DNA from: Clostridiales bacterium
GTDB lineage: Bacteria; Bacillota; Clostridia; Oscillospirales; Oscillospiraceae
Length of the DNA: 60,040 bases
Direction: 5' to 3'
Assembly: GCA_003522945.1 (NCBI GenBank)
Contig: DPHR01000168.1
Coordinates: 1,224 to 61,263, forward strand
Numbering within the stretch: position 1 is the stretch's first letter; each line of letters begins with the position of its first letter. Made by a program: the position numbers and the translations under genes. The notes under the pieces are model-generated. The model worked only from the letters and a program-made list of their open reading frames with translations. It was not told where the DNA came from and made no database searches. This document shows positions 32,967 to 41,279 of the stretch, piece by piece.

Positions 32967-33752
32967 ATGAATAGAAGGATCCTCTTTTTTGATGTGGACG
33001 GGACGATCGTGACATCGGACCACGTCGTTCCCGAAAGCGCGTGTGCCGCGCTGAAAAAAGCGCAGAGCGCAGGACACATCCTCATAATCAACACCGGCCG
33101 TCCGTTCCGGCACATTGAGCCGCAGATCCGCGCTCTCGGCTTTGACGGATACATCTGCTCCATCGGCGGACACATCCTTCTGGATGGGAAAGACCTGCTG
33201 TACCGAACGATCCCGCACACAGAGGCTGTGAAGATCCGCGACACCGGCTATGCGTGCGGCATGGATATGCTGTTTGAATCCGAGCAGGGGGTATGGATGG
33301 ATGAGCGATGCACATCCGCCATCGCGCGGCGCGAATTTGCGTGGCTCAAGAGCATTGGAGTGCCCGCCTTTACCGACACTGCTGTGCCGGACTTTGCTTT
33401 TGACAAGTTTGTCTGCTGGCCGCAGGCGTGCGCCGATCCCGAGCGTTTTGAGCGCGCATTTTCCGACCGGCTTGATTTCATCCGCCGCGAGCATTCCATG
33501 CGCGAGGTCATTTTGAAAGGCCTATCCAAAGCAGGCGGCATGAAAACCGTGATGCAGTACCTCGGCTTTGCTCCCAAGGATTCCTTTGCCTTCGGCGACG
33601 GACCGAACGATCTCCCCATGCTGCGCGAGGCGGGGTCGAGCGTTCTCATGGGCAACGCTCCGCAATTTCTTTGGAAAGAGGCGGACTATGTGACCGCACC
33701 TATCACCCAAGACGGACTCGCTCTGGCGCTGGAGCATTTCGGACTCATTTGA
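32967..33752 (+). CDS. Cof-type HAD-IIB family hydrolase (sugar-phosphatase-like)
   Basis: ATG 32967. MNRRILFFDVDGTIV (DxDGT motif I), INTGRP (motif II) and FGDGPNDLPML (motif IV); 261 aa. The 510-aa track ORF 32220..33752 is an artefactual 5' extension. Confidence 0.85.
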   Translation: MNRRILFFDVDGTIVTSDHVVPESACAALKKAQSAGHILIINTGRPFRHIEPQIRALGFDGYICSIGGHILLDGKDLLYRTIPHTEAVKIRDTGYACGMDMLFESEQGVWMDERCTSAIARREFAWLKSIGVPAFTDTAVPDFAFDKFVCWPQACADPERFERAFSDRLDFIRREHSMREVILKGLSKAGGMKTVMQYLGFAPKDSFAFGDGPNDLPMLREAGSSVLMGNAPQFLWKEADYVTAPITQDGLALALEHFGLI

Positions 33753-33777
33753 TACGGCAGGCTGCTATATTGTTATG

Positions 33778-33809
33778 TAAACCTCCGGGACATAGTCCCG
33801 GAGGTTTTC
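33778..33809 (+). terminator. rho-independent terminator after the HAD gene, inside the spoIIIA locus
   Basis: CCTCCGGGA-CATAG-TCCCGGAGG followed by TTTT. Confidence 0.8.
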
Positions 33810-33838
33810 GCATATACGGTCGCGCGCGCTCATACCTT
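33810..33838 (+). promoter_or_regulatory. sigma-E-like promoter upstream of spoIIIAC
   Basis: GCATATA-N14-CATACCTT compared with the Bacillus sigma-E consensus kmATAww-N14-CATAcahT; 33 nt upstream of the spoIIIAC ATG, which has an AAAGGAGAG RBS. Confidence 0.5.
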
Positions 33839-33871
33839 GACAGTGGACAACCCCGCAAAGGAGAGCGCCCT

Positions 33872-34066
33872 ATGGATGTGGATCTGATATTTAAAATTGC
33901 AGCCGTCGGAATCCTTGTTGCTGTGCTGAACATTCTGCTCACGCGGTCGGGCAGGGAAGATCAGGCGCTTATGACGAGCATCACCGGTCTCGTGGTCGTT
34001 CTGGTGATTGTGGTGCAGGAGATCAGTGAGCTTTTTGATCTGATCCGCGATCTGTTCGGGTTTTAG
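33872..34066 (+). CDS. spoIIIAC: stage III sporulation protein AC
   Basis: 64 aa, two TM helices, MDVDLIFKIAAVGILVAVLNILL...; the track ORF start at 33671 was rejected. Confidence 0.85.
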   Translation: MDVDLIFKIAAVGILVAVLNILLTRSGREDQALMTSITGLVVVLVIVVQEISELFDLIRDLFGF

Positions 34067-34073
34067 GGAATGA

Positions 34074-34460
34074 ATGGAAATTGTGATTCGCGCCGCGGCT
34101 GCGGCGGTGATCGGCAGCATTTTGGCGCTGCTGCTTCGCAAATATACGCCGGAGCTGTCGCTCACGGTGACGATTCTCGCAGGGGTGATCATCGTATGGC
34201 TCGCGGCAGCGGTGGCTTCGCGTATTTCCGATCTTCTGCGCGAGATCGCCGAGAAGGGCGGCATCGACGCGGTGTATCTCTCCCCGGTGCTCAAATGCAT
34301 CGGGATCGGGATGATCACGCATCTGGCGGCGCAGGTCTGCCGGGACGCACAGCAGGGGAGCATTGCCTCCGCTGTGGAGCTTTGCGGAACGCTTTGCGCC
34401 TTATATATATCCCTGCCGCTCATCCGCTCGCTCCTCGCCATTGTGGAGCAGCTGCTTTGA
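34074..34460 (+). CDS. spoIIIAD: stage III sporulation protein AD
   Basis: 128 aa polytopic membrane protein following AC; MEIVIRAAAAAVIGSILALLLRKYTPE N-terminus is typical of AD. Confidence 0.87.
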   Translation: MEIVIRAAAAAVIGSILALLLRKYTPELSLTVTILAGVIIVWLAAAVASRISDLLREIAEKGGIDAVYLSPVLKCIGIGMITHLAAQVCRDAQQGSIASAVELCGTLCALYISLPLIRSLLAIVEQLL

Positions 34461-35527
34461 TGCTGCTCGTACTGGCGCTCGCCGTCTGCCCAGGGAGGGC
34501 GCTTGCCGCTTCAGATGTTCCGATCCCCGGGATGGACGAGCTGACCGAAGCTCTTCCGGAGGAAGCGGCGCCTGTTCTTTCCGGCGTTTCGCCGGAGAAA
34601 CTGCCGCAGGAGAGCGTATGGCGAACGCTCCTGCGAACGGCATGGGAAAAAGTACGCTCTTCCGCCGCGGATATCTGCCGCACGGGAGGGATACTCCTTT
34701 GTGTGTGCGTGCTTGTATCGCTCACGGATACGCTTGATCTCGGCAGCCGGGCCCCGCCGTATATCACATTTGCCGCCGTCGCGGTGATCGGTACGGCGAC
34801 GATCTCAGATCTCCGCTCGTACCTCTCGCTGGGAACGGAGACGCTTCAGACTCTCTCGGACTATTCCCACGTCCTTCTGCCGGTGCTCTCGTCCGCCGCC
34901 GCAGCGTCCGGGGCGGCGGGGAGCGCAGCGGCAAAGTACGCCGCAACGGCGGTATGCATGGACGTGCTTCTGTCCGTTGCGCGGAGCGTTCTCGTCCCGT
35001 GCGTGTGCGGGTATGCCGCGCTGTCCGTTGCCGACGCCGCTGTAGGAAATGAAATATTGAAAACCGCAAAGAAGATCATGAAAACGGTCTGCACCGCTCT
35101 TTTGAGCGCCGTATGCGTGGCGTTTACCGCGTGGCTATCGCTCACAGGCGTCGTTACCGGTACGGCGGACGCGCTCGCCGCGCGGGTGACGAAAACGGCG
35201 GTTTCCGCGGCGCTTCCGGTCGTCGGGAGCATTCTGTCGGACGCGGCCTCAACGCTCGCAGCCGCGGCCGGGACGCTCAAGGCAACGATTGGGATCTTCG
35301 GGCTGCTTGCGGTGGCGGCGATCTGCCTGCCGCCCGTTTTGACGCTCGGCGTGCGGTTTTTCGTTTATAAGCTGACGGCCGCTGTGTGCGAGTGTGTGGC
35401 GGACAAGCGGTTTTCGGAGCTAATATCGAATCTTGGCACGGCGTTTGCGCTGCTGCTTGCGATAAACGGCGCAGGGGCGATGATGCTCTTCCTCTCCCTT
35501 TATTCTCTGATACAGACGGTGGTGTAA
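34460..35527 (+). CDS. spoIIIAE: stage III sporulation protein AE
   Basis: ATG 34460 overlaps the AD stop (TGATG). Signal peptide MLLVLALAVCPGRALAA, then a multi-TM region; 355 aa. The track ORF start at 34070 was rejected. Confidence 0.87.
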   Translation: MLLVLALAVCPGRALAASDVPIPGMDELTEALPEEAAPVLSGVSPEKLPQESVWRTLLRTAWEKVRSSAADICRTGGILLCVCVLVSLTDTLDLGSRAPPYITFAAVAVIGTATISDLRSYLSLGTETLQTLSDYSHVLLPVLSSAAAASGAAGSAAAKYAATAVCMDVLLSVARSVLVPCVCGYAALSVADAAVGNEILKTAKKIMKTVCTALLSAVCVAFTAWLSLTGVVTGTADALAARVTKTAVSAALPVVGSILSDAASTLAAAAGTLKATIGIFGLLAVAAICLPPVLTLGVRFFVYKLTAAVCECVADKRFSELISNLGTAFALLLAINGAGAMMLFLSLYSLIQTVV

Positions 35528-35531
35528 ACGC

Positions 35532-36017
35532 ATGACGGAATGGCTGTTTTCGTGGATCCGTTCGCTGGTCGCGGCGTCGCTTCTCTCCGCGCTGGCTCTC
35601 CAGCTCACGCCGGAGGGGAGCGTAAAGCGTGTAACACGCTTTACCTGCGGCATTCTCCTTGCGTGTACGCTCCTGTCGCCTGTGCTGCGAACGGACGAGA
35701 CATCGTTCTCGCTCGCGCTAAACGACTACCGGCGGACCGTTGCCGAGCTGACGGATGATCTGGAGGAGCAGGAAAATCAGCTGCTGCGAACATACATAGA
35801 ACAGAAGACCGCGGCATACATATTGGACGAGGCACGATCCATAGGAATGCCGGAACCGTCGGTTTCGGTGAAGGTGAAATGGGGGGATGAGAGCTGGGTG
35901 CCCTGTGAAGTTACGATACGCGGAGAGATTACCGCCGAACAGCGATACCGCCTGAGCGCTTATCTTGCCGCGGAGCTGGGCATTCCGGCGGAAAGGCAGC
36001 ACTGGACCGATGAGTGA
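35532..36017 (+). CDS. spoIIIAF: stage III sporulation protein AF
   Basis: 161 aa with two N-terminal TM helices and a soluble C-terminal domain; called by position in the cluster. Confidence 0.75.
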   Translation: MTEWLFSWIRSLVAASLLSALALQLTPEGSVKRVTRFTCGILLACTLLSPVLRTDETSFSLALNDYRRTVAELTDDLEEQENQLLRTYIEQKTAAYILDEARSIGMPEPSVSVKVKWGDESWVPCEVTIRGEITAEQRYRLSAYLAAELGIPAERQHWTDE

Positions 36018-36378
36018 GCGGAAATCTGTGTTAAGCGCTATGCTGCAAAAGAAAAGCGTGCTGATCGTTCTGCTTGCCGCGGGGCTGCTGCTTCTGCTCT
36101 GGCCCAGATCGTCCGGCAGCGGCACAGCAGGAAAGAACGAGGATGTGTCAACTACAGAGGAAAAGCGGCTCTGTGCGGTGCTCTCAAAAATCGACGGCGT
36201 CGGAGAGGTGTACGCGCTGCTCTCCGAAGAGCCAAACCGCCGAGGCGAGTATACCGGGGCGGTGGTCGTCTGTTCCGGCGCAAGGTCACCGGATATACGG
36301 CTCCGCATCATACAGGCCGTGAGCGCCTTCACCGGTCTCGGCAGCAACCGGATCATTGTGGAAGAATTGATATCTTAG
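36010..36378 (+). CDS. spoIIIAG: stage III sporulation protein AG
   Basis: ATG 36010 overlaps the AF 3' end. One TM helix, then a GVGEVYALLSE...GAVVVCSGA ring-building-motif-like domain. Confidence 0.75.
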   Translation: MSERKSVLSAMLQKKSVLIVLLAAGLLLLLWPRSSGSGTAGKNEDVSTTEEKRLCAVLSKIDGVGEVYALLSEEPNRRGEYTGAVVVCSGARSPDIRLRIIQAVSAFTGLGSNRIIVEELIS

Positions 36379-36390
36379 GAGGATGATTAT

Positions 36391-36969
36391 ATGAAGACGG
36401 TAAATCTGCGTCCCCATCTCAAGCGAAACATTCTCATTGCAGCGGTGCTGCTGCTCGTGTGCGCGGCGGCATTTCTCAACTGGTCGTACAACCAGCGCTG
36501 GGGCGACGGCAACAGCGCCATGGCCGACGCGGAGGACGAAATGACGACTGCCGTAAACGCCGCGGACGGCGCGCCGGAGGAAACCGTATCCGCAGCGCTC
36601 CCCGCGTCCGTGTCCGGGTATTTCTCGGAAGCGCGGCTCACACGCCAGCAGTCAAGAGATCAGGCGCTTTCGCTGCTTGAAACGGCGGCCTGTGCCGAGT
36701 CCGCTTCGCAGGATGTCATCGACAGCGCCATGAACGAGATCACCGTTATGGCCAACTGGTCTCTGCTGGAAAGCAAGATCGAAAACGAGCTTCTTGCCAA
36801 AGATTTTGCCGACTGTGTGGTGTATCTCTCCTCGCAGGGCTGCACGGTCGCAGTCCCGTCCGGTGCGGACGGCCTGACCGAAACGCAGGTCGCCCAGATC
36901 ACCGATGCCGTTCTCTCCAACACCGAGATGACGGCCGCTGCGATCAATGTGATCGAGGTGAGGAACTGA
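36391..36969 (+). CDS. spoIIIAH: stage III sporulation protein AH
   Basis: 192 aa with an N-terminal TM helix and a C-terminal YscJ/FliF-like domain; last gene of the cluster. Confidence 0.75.
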   Translation: MKTVNLRPHLKRNILIAAVLLLVCAAAFLNWSYNQRWGDGNSAMADAEDEMTTAVNAADGAPEETVSAALPASVSGYFSEARLTRQQSRDQALSLLETAACAESASQDVIDSAMNEITVMANWSLLESKIENELLAKDFADCVVYLSSQGCTVAVPSGADGLTETQVAQITDAVLSNTEMTAAAINVIEVRN

Positions 36970-37005
36970 AAAAAGCGCGGAGGGAAGATCCCTTCGCGCT
37001 TTTTC
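36969..37005. terminator. bidirectional terminator between spoIIIAH and the SASP gene
   Basis: AAAAAAGCGCGGAGGGA...TCCCTTCGCGCTTTTTC. Confidence 0.7.
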
Positions 37006-37017
37006 TATGGGGAATGA

Positions 37018-37218
37018 TTACTTCATGCCGTTTTCGTAGGCCTCGATCATTTTCTTGACCATCTGGCCGCCGATGCTGCCGGCCTGGCGGGAGGTAAGCT
37101 CGCCGTTATAGCCATTCGTAAGGTTCACACCGACCTGGCTGGCAGCCTCCATCTTAAAGCGATCCATCGCTTCGCGGGCCTGAGGATTGACAAGATGATT
37201 GCTCTTGTTGGTAGACAT
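37018..37218 (-). CDS. alpha/beta-type small acid-soluble spore protein
   Basis: 66 aa, MSTNKSNHLVNPQAREAMDRFKMEAASQVGV...RQAGSIGGQMVKKMIE, carrying both SASP alpha/beta signatures; AGGAG RBS. Confidence 0.92.
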   Translation of the reverse strand: MSTNKSNHLVNPQAREAMDRFKMEAASQVGVNLTNGYNGELTSRQAGSIGGQMVKKMIEAYENGMK

Positions 37219-37271
37219 CTGATTGCAACTCCTTTCTCTCGAATCGAACACGTTTTTGCTGTGTCCGAGCC

Positions 37272-37300
37272 TATTTTGGCCTTGACAGCCGCGGTTATAC
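37272..37300 (-). promoter_or_regulatory. sigma-G-like forespore promoter of the SASP gene
   Basis: The minus strand reads GTATA-N17-CAAAATA, compared with the sigma-G consensus GhATr-N17/18-CAtxxTA. Confidence 0.45.
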
Positions 37301-37329
37301 GAAAGAAAGAAATGTAATATTTGACAGTC

Positions 37330-37701
37330 TCAAAGCTCACCGGCGGATAATATGCCGCGGAGAATAGCATCAATGTTGCTCCGATATTCGAGAAGCGTTT
37401 TCTCCCATGCGGAAAGACAGTGCCGCCCCTCGTCCGTAATGGAGTAAACGCGTCTCGGCTTGCTGGCAGATTCGGTGTCCCAGTAGGATGTGACAAGTCC
37501 GGCCGTCTCCATCCGTTTGAGCGTGCGGTACAGTCCGGCCGGGTCAAGTCCGTTGCCGGAGACCATACCGCTTTTTTCCAGATCGCTGATCATTTGAAAC
37601 CCGTGGCTGCTGCCGCGCTGCAGAACGACCAGTATGGCAGGCTGAAGAAATTTATCGAGATAGGAGCCCCGACAGGCACACTTTTCCAAACACGCATCCA
37701 T
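37330..37701 (-). CDS. PadR-family transcriptional regulator with an N-terminal Cys cluster
   Basis: Preferred start is ATG 37701, after a GGAAAAGGGG RBS (the ORF is open to 37746). CLEKCACRG is followed by a winged-helix core FLQPAILVVLQRGSSHGFQMISDL...LYRTLKRMETAGLV. Confidence 0.85.
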   Translation of the reverse strand: MDACLEKCACRGSYLDKFLQPAILVVLQRGSSHGFQMISDLEKSGMVSGNGLDPAGLYRTLKRMETAGLVTSYWDTESASKPRRVYSITDEGRHCLSAWEKTLLEYRSNIDAILRGILSAGEL

Positions 37702-38031
37702 AAAATGACGCCCCTTTTCCGCATGTATTTGTTCCGTTAAAATCATAGCGCAAACACCGCAGGAAAGTCAATATGCCTCGCTCGTGTGCTGCACTGCGGG
37801 TTGGCCCGGCCAGAGAATCTTTGCGGATTTTTCCTAATATTGTCCAAAATCTTTCTATTTTATCAATTACTGCATATGTTATACTTTGTCCGAAAATGAA
37901 ACAGAAACATCAATGTATATTAACGCTTCGGCAGCATCTGTTTGTCTGTGTTAACTAGCTCAGACGATCCGGCGTTAAAAGACGGAGATACACACGGTTT
38001 TATTTTTAATTCATGCAAAGGAGAACAGATC

Positions 38032-39402
38032 ATGACTCCCAAAGAATTACTGCTGGCAACGCTTAAGTGTAAGCCGACGCCGCGCCCCGCATGGATCCCG
38101 TTTGCCGGCGCTTATGCCTCCCGTCTGAAAGGCTATACCGCGACGGAGATGTTCCAGAGCGCCGATAAGCTGACGGAATGCCTTCTCGAGGTTAACCGCA
38201 TGTTCAAGCCGGACGGCGAGTGCTGCATTTTCGATCTTCAGATCGAAGCGGAAGTCCTTGGCTGCGACCTGATGTGGGCGGATGACGGCCCTCCCAGCGT
38301 TGCATCCCATCCTCTGGCTACCGAAATGGGAGATACTCCCGTTGTCCCCTGCGAATGCACGCTCCCCGGCCCGAACGACGGACGCATCCCGCTCGTGTGC
38401 GAAGCCATGCGCCGTGTCAAGAAAGAAATCGGCGATACCACCGCTCTGTACGGCCTGATCACCGGTCCGTTCACGCTGGCATCGCATCTGCGCGGCACCG
38501 ACATTTTCCTCGACATGCTTCTGGACGACCAGTTTGTCCATGACCTGCTCGACTACTGCTACAAGGCCGCGTGCAAGATGGCGGAATACTTCATCGACGC
38601 CGGTATGGACGTTATCGCTGTTGTTGACCCGCTGATTTCTCAGATCTCCACCGAGCACTTTGAAGAGTTCTGCTCCGAGCCGTTCACGAAGCTCTTCGAC
38701 CACATTCGTGAAAAGGGCGCTTACTCCTCATTCTTCGTGTGCGGCGATGCCACGAGAAACATCGAAGTCATGTGCAAGACCGGCTGCGACTCCATTTCAG
38801 TCGACGAAAACGTCAACTTCAAGCCCGCAAAAGAGATCTGCGACAAGTACAGCGTAGCTTTCGGCGGCAACATCCCGCTTACGACCATCATGCTTCATGG
38901 CACGCAGATGGACAACATGAAGTACTGCGTTGACCTGATCGACAGCATTGAGAACAAGAACGGTCTCATCGTTGCCACCGGCTGCGATATGCCGTACGGC
39001 GTACCGTTTGAAAACACGATCGGCTGCATGCAGGCAGTGCTGCAGACGGACGAGGTCCGCGAAATGGTCAAGGACTATGTTGCGGAAGACGATAGCGACA
39101 TCGAAGTTGAGCTGCCCGACTATGAGCATCTCACCAAGCCCCTGGTGGAAGCCTTTACGCTTGACCCCGCCACCTGCGCCGCCTGCACCTACATGGTCGC
39201 GGCCACGGATGAGGCGAAGCGGACTTTCGGCGACGCCATCGACTATAACGTTTATAAGTATACCGTCAAGGAAGACATTGCCCGCATGAAAAGGATGGGC
39301 GTTCCCAATCTGCCGTCCGTTTACATCAACGGCAAGATGAAGTTCCGTTCCATTATCCCCTCCAAGGACGAACTGGAGGCTGCGATCCGCGAAGTCATGT
39401 AA
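38032..39402 (+). CDS. uroporphyrinogen-decarboxylase (URO-D/MtaA-like) family protein fused to a C-terminal thioredoxin-fold domain
   Basis: ATG 38032 after an AAAGGAGAA RBS. About 350 aa of URO-D-family TIM-barrel sequence, then about 85 aa with a CAAC motif and VPNLPSVYINGK, resembling small glutaredoxin/thioredoxin-like proteins. Confidence 0.8.
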   Translation: MTPKELLLATLKCKPTPRPAWIPFAGAYASRLKGYTATEMFQSADKLTECLLEVNRMFKPDGECCIFDLQIEAEVLGCDLMWADDGPPSVASHPLATEMGDTPVVPCECTLPGPNDGRIPLVCEAMRRVKKEIGDTTALYGLITGPFTLASHLRGTDIFLDMLLDDQFVHDLLDYCYKAACKMAEYFIDAGMDVIAVVDPLISQISTEHFEEFCSEPFTKLFDHIREKGAYSSFFVCGDATRNIEVMCKTGCDSISVDENVNFKPAKEICDKYSVAFGGNIPLTTIMLHGTQMDNMKYCVDLIDSIENKNGLIVATGCDMPYGVPFENTIGCMQAVLQTDEVREMVKDYVAEDDSDIEVELPDYEHLTKPLVEAFTLDPATCAACTYMVAATDEAKRTFGDAIDYNVYKYTVKEDIARMKRMGVPNLPSVYINGKMKFRSIIPSKDELEAAIREVM

Positions 39403-39412
39403 CCAAGCGCGG

Positions 39413-39440
39413 CCGTCCGGAGCGTTTTCGCTCCGGACGG
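39413..39440 (+). terminator. stem-loop after the URO-D-like gene (possible terminator or attenuator)
   Basis: 12-bp stem CCGTCCGGAGCG/CGCTCCGGACGG; the T-run only starts 20 nt downstream, so termination efficiency is uncertain. Confidence 0.45.
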
Positions 39441-39535
39441 TCACCCCGCGGTCTGTGCTTGTTTTTTTTACATATTTAGTAGATCACGTCCAATATAGGA
39501 CGAAGCCAATATGAACGAATTTCGAGGTGATAAAC

Positions 39536-40135
39536 ATGCCGATGCTTCCGGATCCGGCGCATATGGACATCATCGATAAGGCGTGCATTTCTGCCTTTGA
39601 AGCGGAAGAGCCGGTCAGCGTATTTTCGCTTTGCGAAAATATTATGGACGATCCGAAGCTCCCCATGCATTGCCCGTATCACCATTATCTGATCCCTGCC
39701 GTATTGCTCACGGCCGCCAGCAGAATAAGCGGTGAAACGGAGGAAATGCTGCAGAAACGGCTCAAAACGGCGCGGGAGCGCGCCGGAACGGTGCCGGGGG
39801 GCTGCTGCGGACAGTTCGGCTGCTGCGGCGCCGCTGTGGGCGCGGGAATTTTTGCCTGCGTTTGGCAGGGATCAACGCCGCTCTCCAAAACCGGCTGGGC
39901 GGCAGGGAATGAGATGACCGCCCGCTGCCTCTCTGCGATCGCTTCGGTGGAAGGCCCCCGCTGCTGTAAGAGAGTGACGTATCTTACACTCTCGGCGGCG
40001 CTTCCCGCAGCAAGGGAGTTTCTCGGTCTCGATCTCGGCGAGATACCGGAGCACACCTGCCATCATTTCAGCCAAAGCCGGGAATGCCGTGAAACCGCCT
40101 GCCCGTTCTTCCCAAAAAAGAAAAAAACGGAATAA
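39536..40135 (+). CDS. Cys/His-rich protein of unknown function (possibly DUF5714 / C_GCAxxG_C_C-like)
   Basis: ATG 39536 after a GAGGTGA RBS; 199 aa. Motifs PMHCPYHH, GGCCGQFGCCGAAVGAG, GPRCCKR and TCHH...ECRETACPFF. The family name is recalled from memory and not verified. Confidence 0.55.
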   Translation: MPMLPDPAHMDIIDKACISAFEAEEPVSVFSLCENIMDDPKLPMHCPYHHYLIPAVLLTAASRISGETEEMLQKRLKTARERAGTVPGGCCGQFGCCGAAVGAGIFACVWQGSTPLSKTGWAAGNEMTARCLSAIASVEGPRCCKRVTYLTLSAALPAAREFLGLDLGEIPEHTCHHFSQSRECRETACPFFPKKKKTE

Positions 40136-40153
40136 TTAACGGAGGATAAAATC

Positions 40154-41278
40154 ATGAAAAAAACCATTGCACTGCTGCTCGCTGCCATTTTGCTCCTGTC
40201 TCTCGCTGCCTGCGGACAGACCGCGCAGCCCGCTGAACCCGCGGCGACCGAAGTTCCTGCGGAAGCTCCTGCTGAGGTGGAATCGTCTGCGGAACCGGAT
40301 AATTCCAATGTTGATTATTCTCTGCGCGTTGCGCAGATGGGCACCAGCATCAAGGCGGCCATGGTCGTTCTTGCCAACGAAATGGGCTACTATGCCGAGG
40401 AAGGTCTTGATGTCACGTTTGAGCCGATCAACAACCTGAACGACGGCATCACCGCCATTCTGGGCGGCAGTCTCGACATTCTTCCGTTCGGCGTGATCCC
40501 CACCTGCACCTTCGTTGCGCAGGGCGCCGATCTCGCCGTCATCGGCGGCACGATCGCCGAGGGCAGCGAGTGCGTTATGACGCCGGAAAATGCCGCGACC
40601 TACACCGACGGCGCTTTGACCTGGTTTGCCGGCAAGACCGTCGCCTGTGTCCGTCCGGAGACCGGCCATATGATCATGATGCAGAAGATCGCGCAGGCCG
40701 GTGTTGATATGACGACCGTGAAGTTTGTGGAGCTTGACGGCTTCCAGTCTGTTGTTGAAGCTGTGCTCAAGGGCGAGGCGGACGTTGGCTTCGTGAACAG
40801 CGGCTTCGGCCAGAACGCCAAGACGCAGGGCCTTGAAGTGCCGTTCCTCGTCGGTGAATATGCGCCGAACGCTGTCTGCTGCCGCCAGACCGCGCTCAAG
40901 AGCAATGTGGAAGCGAACCGTGACGCCTATGTCCGCTTTGAGATCGCCAATCTGCGCGCCATGATGCTCATGCTGACCGACAAGGAGACGACCATTGCCA
41001 AACTGGTCGAGTTCTCCGGTCTTGATGAGCAGTATGTTTACAACTGCATTTACGACGGCGTTATGAAGATCTCCATGGACCCCTCCGCCAACCGCGTGCA
41101 GGAGTTCTATGAGATCATGCAGGCAAACGGCGATATTGCCGCCGATTCCGAGTACGACATGACCGACCATGTAGATTCCGGCATTTATTACGATGCTTTG
41201 ACTACCGTTATGGAACGTTATCCCGATTTCGACGGGTGGACGGCCATGATGGAGGCCTACGAGGAAAATAACCTCTGA
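40154..41278 (+). CDS. ABC transporter substrate-binding lipoprotein, NMT1/SsuA/TauA-like (NitT/TauT family)
   Basis: Lipobox LLSLAACG, and a periplasmic-binding fold similar to sulfonate/nitrate/HMP binders. Confidence 0.82.
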   Translation: MKKTIALLLAAILLLSLAACGQTAQPAEPAATEVPAEAPAEVESSAEPDNSNVDYSLRVAQMGTSIKAAMVVLANEMGYYAEEGLDVTFEPINNLNDGITAILGGSLDILPFGVIPTCTFVAQGADLAVIGGTIAEGSECVMTPENAATYTDGALTWFAGKTVACVRPETGHMIMMQKIAQAGVDMTTVKFVELDGFQSVVEAVLKGEADVGFVNSGFGQNAKTQGLEVPFLVGEYAPNAVCCRQTALKSNVEANRDAYVRFEIANLRAMMLMLTDKETTIAKLVEFSGLDEQYVYNCIYDGVMKISMDPSANRVQEFYEIMQANGDIAADSEYDMTDHVDSGIYYDALTTVMERYPDFDGWTAMMEAYEENNL

Positions 41279-41279
41279 T

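Noticed and set aside
33756-33783. TTATGTAAAC (33773-33782) is identical to the XerD-arm core of the Bacillus dif site, and it lies in an intergenic spot.
   Set aside because: The left arm (GGCAGGCTGCT) shows no dyad symmetry or similarity to a XerC arm. A single 10-mer match is roughly a 1-in-10 chance event in 2x60 kb. The right end is also part of the terminator stem. It would need a full-genome GC-skew or dif search.
37747-38031. Possible TPP or cobalamin riboswitch upstream of the URO-D-like gene, and at 39441-39535 upstream of the NMT1-type ABC operon.
   Set aside because: Neither the CUGAGA / ACCUGAUCUGGAUAAUGCCAGCG thi-box elements nor a B12-box (GCCACUG-like) is present in either region.
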